Shown piece by piece: positions 20,166-28,213 of a stretch of 35,443 bases of DNA; position 1 is the stretch's first letter; each line of letters begins with the position of its first letter. Below the pieces are notes generated by a model. The model was not told where the DNA came from and ran no database searches. It worked only from the letters and a program-made list of their open reading frames with translations. A program made the translations under genes and the position numbers. Source of the stretch: Caldisericia bacterium (GTDB lineage Bacteria; Caldisericota; Caldisericia; UBA6126; JAGPKI01); the NCBI GenBank assembly GCA_018054005.1, contig JAGPKI010000002.1, forward strand, positions 1-35,443, written 5' to 3'.

Positions 20166-20259
20166 TGGCGGAGAAGGCGGGATTCGAACCCGCGAGACAA
20201 GTTTGATCTCGTCTACTCGCTTTCCAGGCGAGTGCCTTCAGCCACTCGGCCACCTCTCC
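20166..20259 (-). tRNA. tRNA-Ser (GGA), class II with long variable arm, CCA encoded
   Basis: The reverse complement is GGAGAGGTGGCCGAGTGGCTGAAGGCACTCGCCTGGAAAGCGAG...GCGGGTTCGAATCCCGCCTTCTCCGCCA. Anticodon arm is CTCGC-CTGGAAA-GCGAG. Confidence 0.9.
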
Positions 20260-20383
20260 AAAACTACAATAAATTTTAATATATCGGCATATTATACCAA
20301 AAAGAAAACATAATTTCTTGATAAATTATATTATATTATATTAAGAAGTATTATTTGGTAAAATATATCTATTTATTTTTAAA

Positions 20384-20467
20384 GCCGAAGTGGCGGAATT
20401 GGCAGACGCGCTAGGTTCAGGTCCTAGTGAGGGAAACCTCTTGTGGGTTCAACTCCCACCTTCGGTA
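20384..20467 (+). tRNA. tRNA-Leu (CAG), class II, no encoded CCA
   Basis: Sequence is GCCGAAGTGGCGGAATTGGCAGACGCGCTAGGTTCAGGTCCTAGTGAGGGAAACCTCTTGTGGGTTCAACTCCCACCTTCGGTA. Anticodon arm is CTAGG-TTCAGGT-CCTAG, the variable arm is GAGG-GAAA-CCTC, and the 1-72 pair is G-U. Confidence 0.85.
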
Positions 20468-20831
20468 TTTTGTCTGTGGATAAAATAGCTACATATAAAG
20501 AGTTGATTTTATTTTTTCAATATCTAACAAGATTTCTGGATTTCTTAATTTTATAACAGATTATAATTATGTAACTCTGTTTATATTACCTTCTTTAGTT
20601 CATTAGGTCAATATAAATGAAGTTTTTCGATAATTTTATCACATATTTGAACTATATAATATTACTAATATTAGATTATGAGTTTAAATACTTATTAAAA
20701 TTTTATAGAGTTATTGACCTGTCCTCCTAAAGTATTTTGCAAATTATCAGAGCAATAAAAAACAAGTTAAAGCAAATGTATTATTTAATAGTCGTTCTTA
20801 TTATGATACTTTTCAACATTTTATTAACTTG

Positions 20832-20905
20832 TCGGGATGATGGGATTCGAACCCATGACTTCTTGGTCCCGAACCAAGCGCTCTACCAAACTGAGCCACA
20901 TCCCG
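20832..20905 (-). tRNA. tRNA-Pro (CGG), no encoded CCA
   Basis: The reverse complement is CGGGATGTGGCTCAGTTTGGTAGAGCGCTTGGTTCGGGACCAAGAAGTCATGGGTTCGAATCCCATCATCCCGA. Anticodon arm is CTTGG-TTCGGGA-CCAAG. Confidence 0.9.
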
Positions 20906-20919
20906 TTGGAAATAAAAAA

Positions 20920-20997
20920 TGGTCGGGGCGAGAAGATTCGAACTTCCGACCCCCAGCACCCCATGCTGGTGCGCTAGCCAAACTACGCTACGCCCCG
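20920..20997 (-). tRNA. tRNA-Pro (GGG), CCA encoded
   Basis: The reverse complement is CGGGGCGTAGCGTAGTTTGGCTAGCGCACCAGCATGGGGTGCTGGGGGTCGGAAGTTCGAATCTTCTCGCCCCGACCA. Anticodon arm is CCAGC-ATGGGGT-GCTGG. Confidence 0.9.
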
Positions 20998-21033
20998 TTA
21001 TCTATTTAAAATTTTAGCATGAAATTCAAAATA

Positions 21034-22317
21034 TCAAAATTTTCTGAGTCTTACCCAATCAAATGCTTCTATTGTATACTTTATAAATTCTCTAAGTTCT
21101 AAATAATTATTTTCTATTGAAGCGTTTAGAATGCTATTATAAAGAGATGTTTCTATATTAAAATTCCTGTATGCAGACTTATAAACATTTAGCAATTTGT
21201 CGAATATAAGTTCGAAATCTTCTATTCCAAATTTTCTCAAATCAATTCTATTTTTTATTGAAGGAGAAATTTTTATATCTTTTAGAGGAGTTGTTGCAAT
21301 TACAAGAAAAATATAGGGTTCTTTATAGGAGTAAGGAGTAGGACGAACTTGATTGTGAGCCATAGAGTAATTTATTTTTCGAAGTTTTTTATCATTAAGG
21401 GAAATCCCAATAAGTCCATTCATAAAGTTTAATCCACGCGTATAAAGTTCATTATTCCAGATATGAGTAATTTCTTCAAATTCATCAATAATTATTACTA
21501 AGCCGCTTAATTCTAATTGTCTAACAATATAACTTAAACCACTTATAATGTAGCAATAAAAATCGGCAGCTGTCGAAAAATCGTACAATGCTGGTATAGC
21601 TTGCCCTCCCTTTACACGATAAGGTGAAAACTTAGATGTAGCATACTCTTTAGTAGATTCTCCCTCAATCCATTGCCAGAAAACTTCACTTTTTGAATCA
21701 AGGTTATCCAGTTCCTTCACCCTATTTATAACAGGAGTAAAAAAGCAATGGTCATCAATTTTAAGTTTTGTTGCTTCAATTAAAATATCTCTGAAACTAT
21801 AATCATAGTTATCCCTAATAAAGTGTAAGTTGTAAACAAGCTCATGATACACCTTTTTAGGTCTGAAGGGTGGAGTTTCTTGAGCATGTAGTTCGCAATA
21901 AGTTGTGGCAAAACCTTCTTTCAAAGATAAATGCCGAAAATATTCTAAAAGGTGTGACTTTCCAGAACCATATCCTCCCTCAATCATACAAACATCACTT
22001 ATGCCGTTTCTTAAGTTTTCTAATCCATTCTTTAATAGATTAATTTCTGCTTCTCTGCCAAATGTAAATAGTTCTATATCTTGATGAGGAACAATTCCCA
22101 TTCTAAACGACTCAAGAATTCTTTTTGAAGAGATTTCATCTAAATTAATTTCAGAATCTTCTTTTACTTTAATTGGCTTTAACCATTTTGTAGGAAGCCA
22201 CAAATTTAATCCATTCAGAAATTTAACTCTTGCTTCAGTTCCATCCCAGCGTGTTTCAAGCACAACACCTTCACCAAATATGTTGTGGATGACAAGCTTA
22301 GAATTCTTCTCCTTCAA
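21034..22317 (-). CDS. BrxD/DUF2791-like P-loop ATPase with an N-terminal Tudor/SH3-like module (third gene of operon)
   Basis: 427 aa. Walker A GGYGSGKSH (21955-21978) and Walker B VIIIDE (21481-21498). The pre-P-loop segment RILESFRMGIVPHQDIELFTFGRE matches the pattern I recall for DUF2791/BrxD. Residues 1-50 (VIHNIFGEGVVLETRWDGTEARVKFLNG...) resemble the UvrD/PcrA C-terminal Tudor or DUF3553 motif. TTG start overlaps the upstream gene by 20 nt. Confidence 0.65.
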   Translation of the reverse strand: MKEKNSKLVIHNIFGEGVVLETRWDGTEARVKFLNGLNLWLPTKWLKPIKVKEDSEINLDEISSKRILESFRMGIVPHQDIELFTFGREAEINLLKNGLENLRNGISDVCMIEGGYGSGKSHLLEYFRHLSLKEGFATTYCELHAQETPPFRPKKVYHELVYNLHFIRDNYDYSFRDILIEATKLKIDDHCFFTPVINRVKELDNLDSKSEVFWQWIEGESTKEYATSKFSPYRVKGGQAIPALYDFSTAADFYCYIISGLSYIVRQLELSGLVIIIDEFEEITHIWNNELYTRGLNFMNGLIGISLNDKKLRKINYSMAHNQVRPTPYSYKEPYIFLVIATTPLKDIKISPSIKNRIDLRKFGIEDFELIFDKLLNVYKSAYRNFNIETSLYNSILNASIENNYLELREFIKYTIEAFDWVRLRKF

Positions 22318-23560
22318 CCTCTTCCCTCTCTTTTTGAATTAGTGATTTAGCAGTTGAACGGAATAACTCTCTTGCAGTTGATTTATCGATAGGTGTATTG
22401 TTTACTTTAATCCTTTGGAATGCCTCTATTACTGCGATAACAAATATTCTCCTGTAACTTACATCAAGAAACTGTGATTCAAGTGAAACATTAATTATGT
22501 TTCTCAAGGACTCTTCAAGGACTTTATTATTAAAATCATAAAAATATGCAATCTCATATATTTTTGCTAATTTTAGTCCCAATTCCTTTAAAAATTCAGA
22601 TGGAGAAATTCCTATATCTTCAAGATTAATTTTTACTCCCATAGGATTAACTTTGGTAAAACTTGAGCGAAGACGCTGATTTAAAGCTTCGTAAACACCG
22701 CCACTTCCTTCAAGAAGTAGATTTTCATCGGGTATTGCATAGAAAAACATAGCTCCTGGAAGTTTTGAGTTTCCGCATTCGTCTATTATTTGCCTTAAAT
22801 TATCTAAAGCTCTTCTTCTATCTCGAGATGAGGATATGCTCATTCCTCGTTCAGCTTCGTCAAATAAAAATATAATTCCTGAATAGCCAATCAAATTTAC
22901 AAATTGAACCAAACTTCTTAGCATTCTGAAGGCATTAGTTCTATCAATTCGCTCGGATATTCTATATTTATATTTAAGGTCTCTCGAGATATCTTCTCCT
23001 TTAAGCCATTGTGCAAGCGAATAAAAAAGCTCTTCATCATCGTTTGAGAGACCTGATAAAGCTCCTTTTGTAGCATTCACAAAACTAGTACTTTCAAGGT
23101 TTTTGATGAGGGATAAAAAATTCTTTTCTTCTTTTACCTGTTCATACCATTTCCTTAAAAGTGCTTCTATACCAACTTCCCAAGGTTTAAGTATTTCCGT
23201 TGTACTTAATGGTGGAGTAATATTTAAAGCGATGTTTCTATAAACTAATTCTAATCTATCAAACGGACACTCTGTTGCACTTAAGCTAACATAACTTGTT
23301 ACATAATTATTTTTCCAAGCGAGATCTCTTATCAGGTAAAGAAAATGAGATTTACCACCTCCATAATTACCAACAATTAACTTAAATGATGATAAGTTGT
23401 ATTTTAAAATATCATTTAAATATTCATTTTCAATAACATTTAAATAAGGTTCAAGCCCAACATTAAAATATTCAACTCCTACTTCTGGAGGTGTGCCTGA
23501 ACTACCCAGTTTATGGATTATTACTTTTGCAAGTTTAGGGTCTAAATCTAATTCATTCAT
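22298..23560 (-). CDS. BrxD/DUF2791-like P-loop ATPase, paralog of the downstream gene (second gene of operon)
   Basis: 420 aa. Walker A GNYGGGKSH (23348-23371) and Walker B IIFLFDEAE (22853-22876), followed by an Arg-rich SSSRDRRRALDNL segment. The N-terminal KVIIHKLGSSGTPPEVGVEYFNVGLE aligns with the equivalent segment of the 427-aa protein. Confidence 0.65.
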   Translation of the reverse strand: MNELDLDPKLAKVIIHKLGSSGTPPEVGVEYFNVGLEPYLNVIENEYLNDILKYNLSSFKLIVGNYGGGKSHFLYLIRDLAWKNNYVTSYVSLSATECPFDRLELVYRNIALNITPPLSTTEILKPWEVGIEALLRKWYEQVKEEKNFLSLIKNLESTSFVNATKGALSGLSNDDEELFYSLAQWLKGEDISRDLKYKYRISERIDRTNAFRMLRSLVQFVNLIGYSGIIFLFDEAERGMSISSSRDRRRALDNLRQIIDECGNSKLPGAMFFYAIPDENLLLEGSGGVYEALNQRLRSSFTKVNPMGVKINLEDIGISPSEFLKELGLKLAKIYEIAYFYDFNNKVLEESLRNIINVSLESQFLDVSYRRIFVIAVIEAFQRIKVNNTPIDKSTARELFRSTAKSLIQKEREEVEGEEF

Positions 23561-23571
23561 CTTTTTTATTC

Positions 23572-24465
23572 TTAAAACAATACTTCTCTTACTTTATTCT
23601 CTGTCTCAATTGAAATATATGAATAATATGTCCCGTCTCCTTCGTCGTTATCAGGAATCCAGATAGAGTTTTTTTTATCTCCTGTTGCATCAAAAGTAGC
23701 TACATAAAACTTTAGTCCCTTAACTGCATTATTCGATTTTCGCAAAATGTAAAGAAGATAAGATAATTTTATCCTTGAATAGTCTCGAAAATTTTCTTTT
23801 TTAGGGTCGGTAAAGAATTTTTGAGGTTGTTTAATGAAAACAAATTCATTCAGAACTTCAATAATTGGCAACTTTTCACCAATTATTTTTCCAGTTAATA
23901 ATAGTCTTCTCTTGTAAGCTTCCGTAAAATCCTTAAATAGTTCAACAGGATCTATCTTTTCGCTATTAAGCTCCTTATCAAATTTAGTTATTGAATCATA
24001 AATAGAAGTTGGATTTAGAGGTATTTTTGATTTTATCTTCTCCACTTCAGGACCAAAAAATAATTGAGCCTCTCCAAACTCAAAGTTAAGTTTTATTGTA
24101 TACATTCCAACTCTCAATGTTGGATACTGTCCTTTAATGGTTTTCCCATCTTTTTTAAATAAATCACTTAATTTTTCACCAAAACTAAATCGGAAATCAT
24201 CTTTTGCTTTCTCTAAAATCTCCTTTTCATCGTTAATAAGATTTAAAATTGAGGTTTTAATTGGGAAAGGTGGTAAAACATCAGCTAATTTGGTTATCTC
24301 AGTTAAATTCTTTTCAGCCAAATAAGCATTATCTAAAAGATTTTCTTTTGACTTATTATATTTAGCTAATAATTTTAACACTTTATCTAAATTTTTTGTG
24401 AGTGATTTAATGTTATCAATTATTTCTTTCACAACACAATTATATAAATAACAATAAAAAATCAA
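23572..24465 (-). CDS. Hypothetical protein, N-terminal coiled-coil-like region, no motif recognised (first gene of operon)
   Basis: 297-aa ORF 11 nt upstream of the first ATPase gene. The only possible starts are TTG 24465 or GTG 24432, and there is no clear SD. Coding is supported by length in AT-rich DNA and operon packing. Confidence 0.55.
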   Translation of the reverse strand: MIFYCYLYNCVVKEIIDNIKSLTKNLDKVLKLLAKYNKSKENLLDNAYLAEKNLTEITKLADVLPPFPIKTSILNLINDEKEILEKAKDDFRFSFGEKLSDLFKKDGKTIKGQYPTLRVGMYTIKLNFEFGEAQLFFGPEVEKIKSKIPLNPTSIYDSITKFDKELNSEKIDPVELFKDFTEAYKRRLLLTGKIIGEKLPIIEVLNEFVFIKQPQKFFTDPKKENFRDYSRIKLSYLLYILRKSNNAVKGLKFYVATFDATGDKKNSIWIPDNDEGDGTYYSYISIETENKVREVLF

Positions 24466-24621
24466 ATATTCATTCGTATTTATATGTAATAATTGAAGTT
24501 ACTAATCAAAAATGAGAATTATACCAATGTTTATTATATAAGTTTTGCGAGAGAAAATCAGTTTCTATGCTTAATTCCTCAGATAATAATAACTCCAAAA
24601 TTATATTTGGTAAAGAGATTT

Positions 24622-24697
24622 AATTGTTAGTTATATAAGAGGCACACAAAAGGACTATAGAAAATATTTTCATGCCTTATTATGGCAGAAATGCCAT
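24622..24697. repeat. Intergenic repeat element copy B (inverted relative to 3068-3157) with hairpin TTATGGCA-GAAA-TGCCAT
   Basis: Sequence is AATTGTTAGTTATATAAGAGGCACACAAAAGGACTATAGAAAATATTTTCATGCCTTATTATGGCAGAAATGCCAT. It aligns to the reverse complement of copy A. It lies between the divergent three-gene operon and the MFS gene. Confidence 0.7.
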
Positions 24698-24774
24698 GAA
24701 GTGTTAAAGTGAAATCTTTACTTATCCATAAATTACTAAATAACAATATAATAAATTATAAATATAATAATAAC

Positions 24775-26025
24775 ATGAAAGTAGAAATGGGATCCAAAAT
24801 AAAAACTACACTGCCAGCTCTTAAGTATAGAAATTTTAGACTTTTTTTTAGCGGTCAAGCAATCTCTTTAATAGGGACCTGGATACAAAATATTGCTCAA
24901 CCGTGGCTTGTCTTAACTTTAACTGATTCTCCTTTTCTTCTTAGTTTAGTTGTTACATTTCAAACTTTGCCCCAGATGGTATTTTCGTTATTTATTGGTC
25001 CTTTGATTGATAAAGTTTCAAAGAAGAAAATCTTAATTTTTACTCAAAGTTCATTCTCATTACTTGCAGCAATTTTGGGAATTTTAACATTAACTAAGAG
25101 AGTGGAGTACTGGCATGTTCTTGTGGTTGCAACAATGTTTGGTTTTCTAAATACTCTCGATATGCCAGCAAGGCAGTCATATATGGTGGAATTGGTAGGG
25201 AAAGATGATTTAATGAACGCCATTGCATTGAATTCTTCAATATTTAATCTTGCAAGAATTATTGGACCTGCAATAGGAGGAATTCTTATTGGTTTTGTTG
25301 GTATAGGAATTTGTTTTTTACTAAATGCTGTTTCCTATATAGCAGTGATAGCTCAACTACTTAAAATAAGCGCTGTGAGCGTGAAAAATGATATGCAAAT
25401 TAATAAATTATTTAAAGGATTATTTAAAGATGTAGTTGAAGGATTAAAATATATATTTGCTAAAGAAAGAATAAAGGTAACAGTGACTTTATTTGGTATT
25501 ATTAGTATATTTTGCATGAATTTTAGTGTATTGATACCAGTTTTTTCTCAAAATTTCTTAAAGTTGGATTCTAAAGGATTTGGAATGTTAATGACCGCTA
25601 TGGGTGTAGGGGCTCTTGTTGGTGCTCTTTTTGTTGCTTTAAGCAAAAACAGTAAGCCAAAACTTACTACAATAGTTATTGCAGCATTTGGATTATCTAT
25701 TGGAGAGGCTTTGATGTTTTTTGCGAGTAATTTCTATTTAGCCTTTCTATTATTAGTATTTATTGGCTTTTTTATGATATTATTCACCACTTCCGTTAAT
25801 ACTACTCTTCAGCTTGAGTCAGAAGACAACATCAGAGGAAGAGTTATGAGTGTTTACTCATTTGTCTTTGTTGGTGTTGCTCCTATAGGTTCTCTCTACG
25901 CTGGTGGATTAGCAAGTAAATTAGGAGCAAATATGGCTTTTACTATAAGTGGTATAATAGGGCTTATTGGAACTTTATTGATTGGTTATATTCTACTAAA
26001 AAAAAGAAAAAGGAGTAATTCATGA
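24775..26025 (+). CDS. MFS transporter (MFS_3 / EntS-like subfamily pattern)
   Basis: About 12 TM. The N-terminal motif LKYRNFRLFFSGQAISLIGTWIQNIAQPWLVL is typical of this MFS subgroup. The ORF track begins at GTG 24709 with a low-complexity N-rich leader, so ATG 24775 (or 24787) is more plausible. Confidence 0.85.
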   Translation: MKVEMGSKIKTTLPALKYRNFRLFFSGQAISLIGTWIQNIAQPWLVLTLTDSPFLLSLVVTFQTLPQMVFSLFIGPLIDKVSKKKILIFTQSSFSLLAAILGILTLTKRVEYWHVLVVATMFGFLNTLDMPARQSYMVELVGKDDLMNAIALNSSIFNLARIIGPAIGGILIGFVGIGICFLLNAVSYIAVIAQLLKISAVSVKNDMQINKLFKGLFKDVVEGLKYIFAKERIKVTVTLFGIISIFCMNFSVLIPVFSQNFLKLDSKGFGMLMTAMGVGALVGALFVALSKNSKPKLTTIVIAAFGLSIGEALMFFASNFYLAFLLLVFIGFFMILFTTSVNTTLQLESEDNIRGRVMSVYSFVFVGVAPIGSLYAGGLASKLGANMAFTISGIIGLIGTLLIGYILLKKRKRSNS

Positions 26026-26215
26026 ATTACTCTTGCAATATCAATATGCATGACTCTGTCTTGCTTAAGTTTATAATATTTTTACCATCCTCAGTTATAA
26101 TCCAGAGATATGGTCCGCTATTCTTTAAATAACCTTAATACAAACTGTCCAATTAATTAGGGGGCTGGAACACCATTTCCAAAAGTGATTTCATAAAAAA
26201 CCTTTTCAGAAGCAA

Positions 26216-27595
26216 TTAATATTTAACCAGAAAAATATAGAAAAAAGAGCTGTTCCATAATATTCCAAAAGTAAATGCTACGAAGTTAGCTATTAATAAA
26301 GTGAGAAAAAAGAGCACATTTTCCAAACGGTTTACTACTTTTTTAAGCCAATAAATTATTTTTCTAAACCAGTAAATTATTTTACTTTCACTGGATAATA
26401 TTTCTCCTACATTAGAGTTATTGTGCGGGTTGATCTGAGAACCATTTTTTTGAAATGAGAAATAGAAAGGAAGAATATAAGTAATGGGTACAGCAACAGA
26501 CATCCAGAAAACAACATTTACTTCTATTTCATTCCTAACTGAATATAGAAAAGAAATAAAAGAATCTTTTTGGCAAAGATACAAAAATAAAGACATAAGA
26601 GCAACAAGCTGAAGAGGTACAACTATTTCTTTCTTTTTAAATATTAGCATTATAAGAAATGAAATAAGAATTATTGATAATGCAAATATCAGAAAATAGG
26701 ACGGTGGATTAGTTATAAATTTTGCGAAAATAAGTTCAAAATCAGTAAGTAAATGTTTTCCACTCAATTCGAAATATTTAGCATCAAAAAATAATCTTGA
26801 ATAAATTCCTAAAAGGAGTGTTACAAAAAAGGAAGGCATTAGAAGGCACAAATAAACTAATTTAAGAAAAGGCTCTATTGTTTTTGTACTGTTTCTAATA
26901 AATGAGACTGATACTGTAAGAATAAGTAAGAAAGTAGCAATATAGATAAAGAAGTAAAAAGGAGAAGTCATTATATTCTTAAAAAAGATAAAAAGAATGA
27001 GCTGGACCAGGAGAAGAAGGCATGCATAGTAAGAGGAATATTTACCAGCAAGTCTTGCCAATGCTCCGTTAGAATAGTTATTAAGCTCTGAAGTTATTAT
27101 ATTTTTTCTCCTTTTTACGCAAATCCAGCTCATGAGTATTAATAGCAAACAAATATCTACCAATATAACCCATACAGGTATTTTATTTAAGAAAAGCAGC
27201 ATATCCTCTGAAGAACCAGATATTTTCAAAGTTTCTATCATAGGAGTTAGTGCTATTCCGGAAAGAAATGAAGAATAAAACAGTAATGTAGACCAGAGAA
27301 AAAGACCTGTAACCAGTGAAAGAGTAAAAAAATCGGTGTTGTAATGTCTTGTATTTATTAAGTATGGTAGAAATCGAAAAATAATGAAAAATTCTATAAT
27401 ATGGCAAGAACCGATTAAGACAGATCTAAAAGCTGTATAACCCAGGGGGTATCTCGATAAATCAGATTGAAACAAGGAATAGTGACCATTAAAGTATAAA
27501 AAGGAAAATAGTGAGAAAAAAAATGAAATAAATAAGAGTAAAGGCAAACTCCTCATTATGATTATGTCTTCTGTTACTTTGTTATTATTTTCCAA
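26216..27595 (-). CDS. Polytopic integral membrane protein of unknown function (about 12 predicted TM by eye)
   Basis: 459-aa ORF that is almost entirely hydrophobic segments, with no soluble domain or catalytic motif recognised. Start is uncertain (TTG 27595 or ATG at the MRSLPLL position). Lies 104 nt downstream of direct-repeat copy 1. Confidence 0.7.
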   Translation of the reverse strand: MENNNKVTEDIIIMRSLPLLLFISFFFSLFSFLYFNGHYSLFQSDLSRYPLGYTAFRSVLIGSCHIIEFFIIFRFLPYLINTRHYNTDFFTLSLVTGLFLWSTLLFYSSFLSGIALTPMIETLKISGSSEDMLLFLNKIPVWVILVDICLLLILMSWICVKRRKNIITSELNNYSNGALARLAGKYSSYYACLLLLVQLILFIFFKNIMTSPFYFFIYIATFLLILTVSVSFIRNSTKTIEPFLKLVYLCLLMPSFFVTLLLGIYSRLFFDAKYFELSGKHLLTDFELIFAKFITNPPSYFLIFALSIILISFLIMLIFKKKEIVVPLQLVALMSLFLYLCQKDSFISFLYSVRNEIEVNVVFWMSVAVPITYILPFYFSFQKNGSQINPHNNSNVGEILSSESKIIYWFRKIIYWLKKVVNRLENVLFFLTLLIANFVAFTFGILWNSSFFYIFLVKY

Positions 27596-27698
27596 AATAT
27601 CTTAACTTTTTCTCCTTTCGACGATTATCATCTTAAATTGCTTTTAATTATATAATTATATTTATATAGCTCACATTTAACTTCCCCCATTTCTTTGG

Positions 27699-27825
27699 AC
27701 AGAAATTAGCATAAATCAAAGTGATAAATTTTAAAGTCTCATATGTTTCGTAACTTATTCATTAGTATTTATTGTCTATTACATTATTTTTGATAAATAT
27801 CATCGTTAGTTATATCGGGAATTTA
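27699..27825. repeat. Direct repeat copy 1 (127 bp, identical to 35317-35443)
   Basis: Base-by-base comparison shows 127/127 identity with the last 127 nt of the window. Identity breaks at 27698 versus 35316. The far end is undetermined because copy 2 is cut by the window end. Confidence 0.95.
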
Positions 27826-27851
27826 GGTTAATATTTCCAGTACTAAAATCG

Positions 27852-28067
27852 CTAATAGTGCATTGAAGATAGAGAGTAAGAAAGCCAAAAACAAATTGCT
27901 TCCTTCACATTCTTTATAATTGGTATATTTCTATAACTTGCAGGAATAGGAATTTCAGGAAATATCACTGGCAGTAATAATTTAGTATTTGGGCGACTAA
28001 TCTTTTTAAAAACTAAAGATAATAATGGAAGGATAGAAATAATTGAAGCAATCACAAGGAGAAGCAA
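27852..28067 (-). CDS. Small hydrophobic hypothetical ORF (possibly a gene fragment)
   Basis: 71-aa TTG-initiated ORF. The same frame is stop-free up to about 28183. One TM-like segment (LLLLVIASIISILPLLSLVF); no RBS or family recognised. Confidence 0.25.
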   Translation of the reverse strand: MLLLVIASIISILPLLSLVFKKISRPNTKLLLPVIFPEIPIPASYRNIPIIKNVKEAICFWLSYSLSSMHY

Positions 28068-28213
28068 TCCTATCTTTCCGAAGATATAAACATGAACTGA
28101 TAATGAAGGTAAAATATAGCCATCCGAAGCATGTTTATAAAATTTTAACTGTATACTTCCAAATAGTATATGATGATGTTCTTAATATTAGGCCTCCACC
28201 AAAATAATATATT

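Noticed and set aside
20088-21009. ORFs 20088-20279, 20098-20313 and 20737-21009
   Set aside because: They run through tRNA-Ser and the two tRNA-Pro genes, so the open frames come from GC-rich tRNA sequence.
26013-26032. Perfect 20-bp palindrome GAGTAATTCATGAATTACTC spanning the MFS stop codon
   Set aside because: It could be a weak terminator stem or a binding site. It has no T-tract, occurs only once, and is AT-rich, so there is not enough to call a feature.
27699-27825. Possibility that the 127-bp repeats are CRISPR repeats or IS ends
   Set aside because: There are only two copies 7.6 kb apart, they are far too long for CRISPR repeats, there is no spacer periodicity, and no terminal inverted repeats or transposase lie between them.
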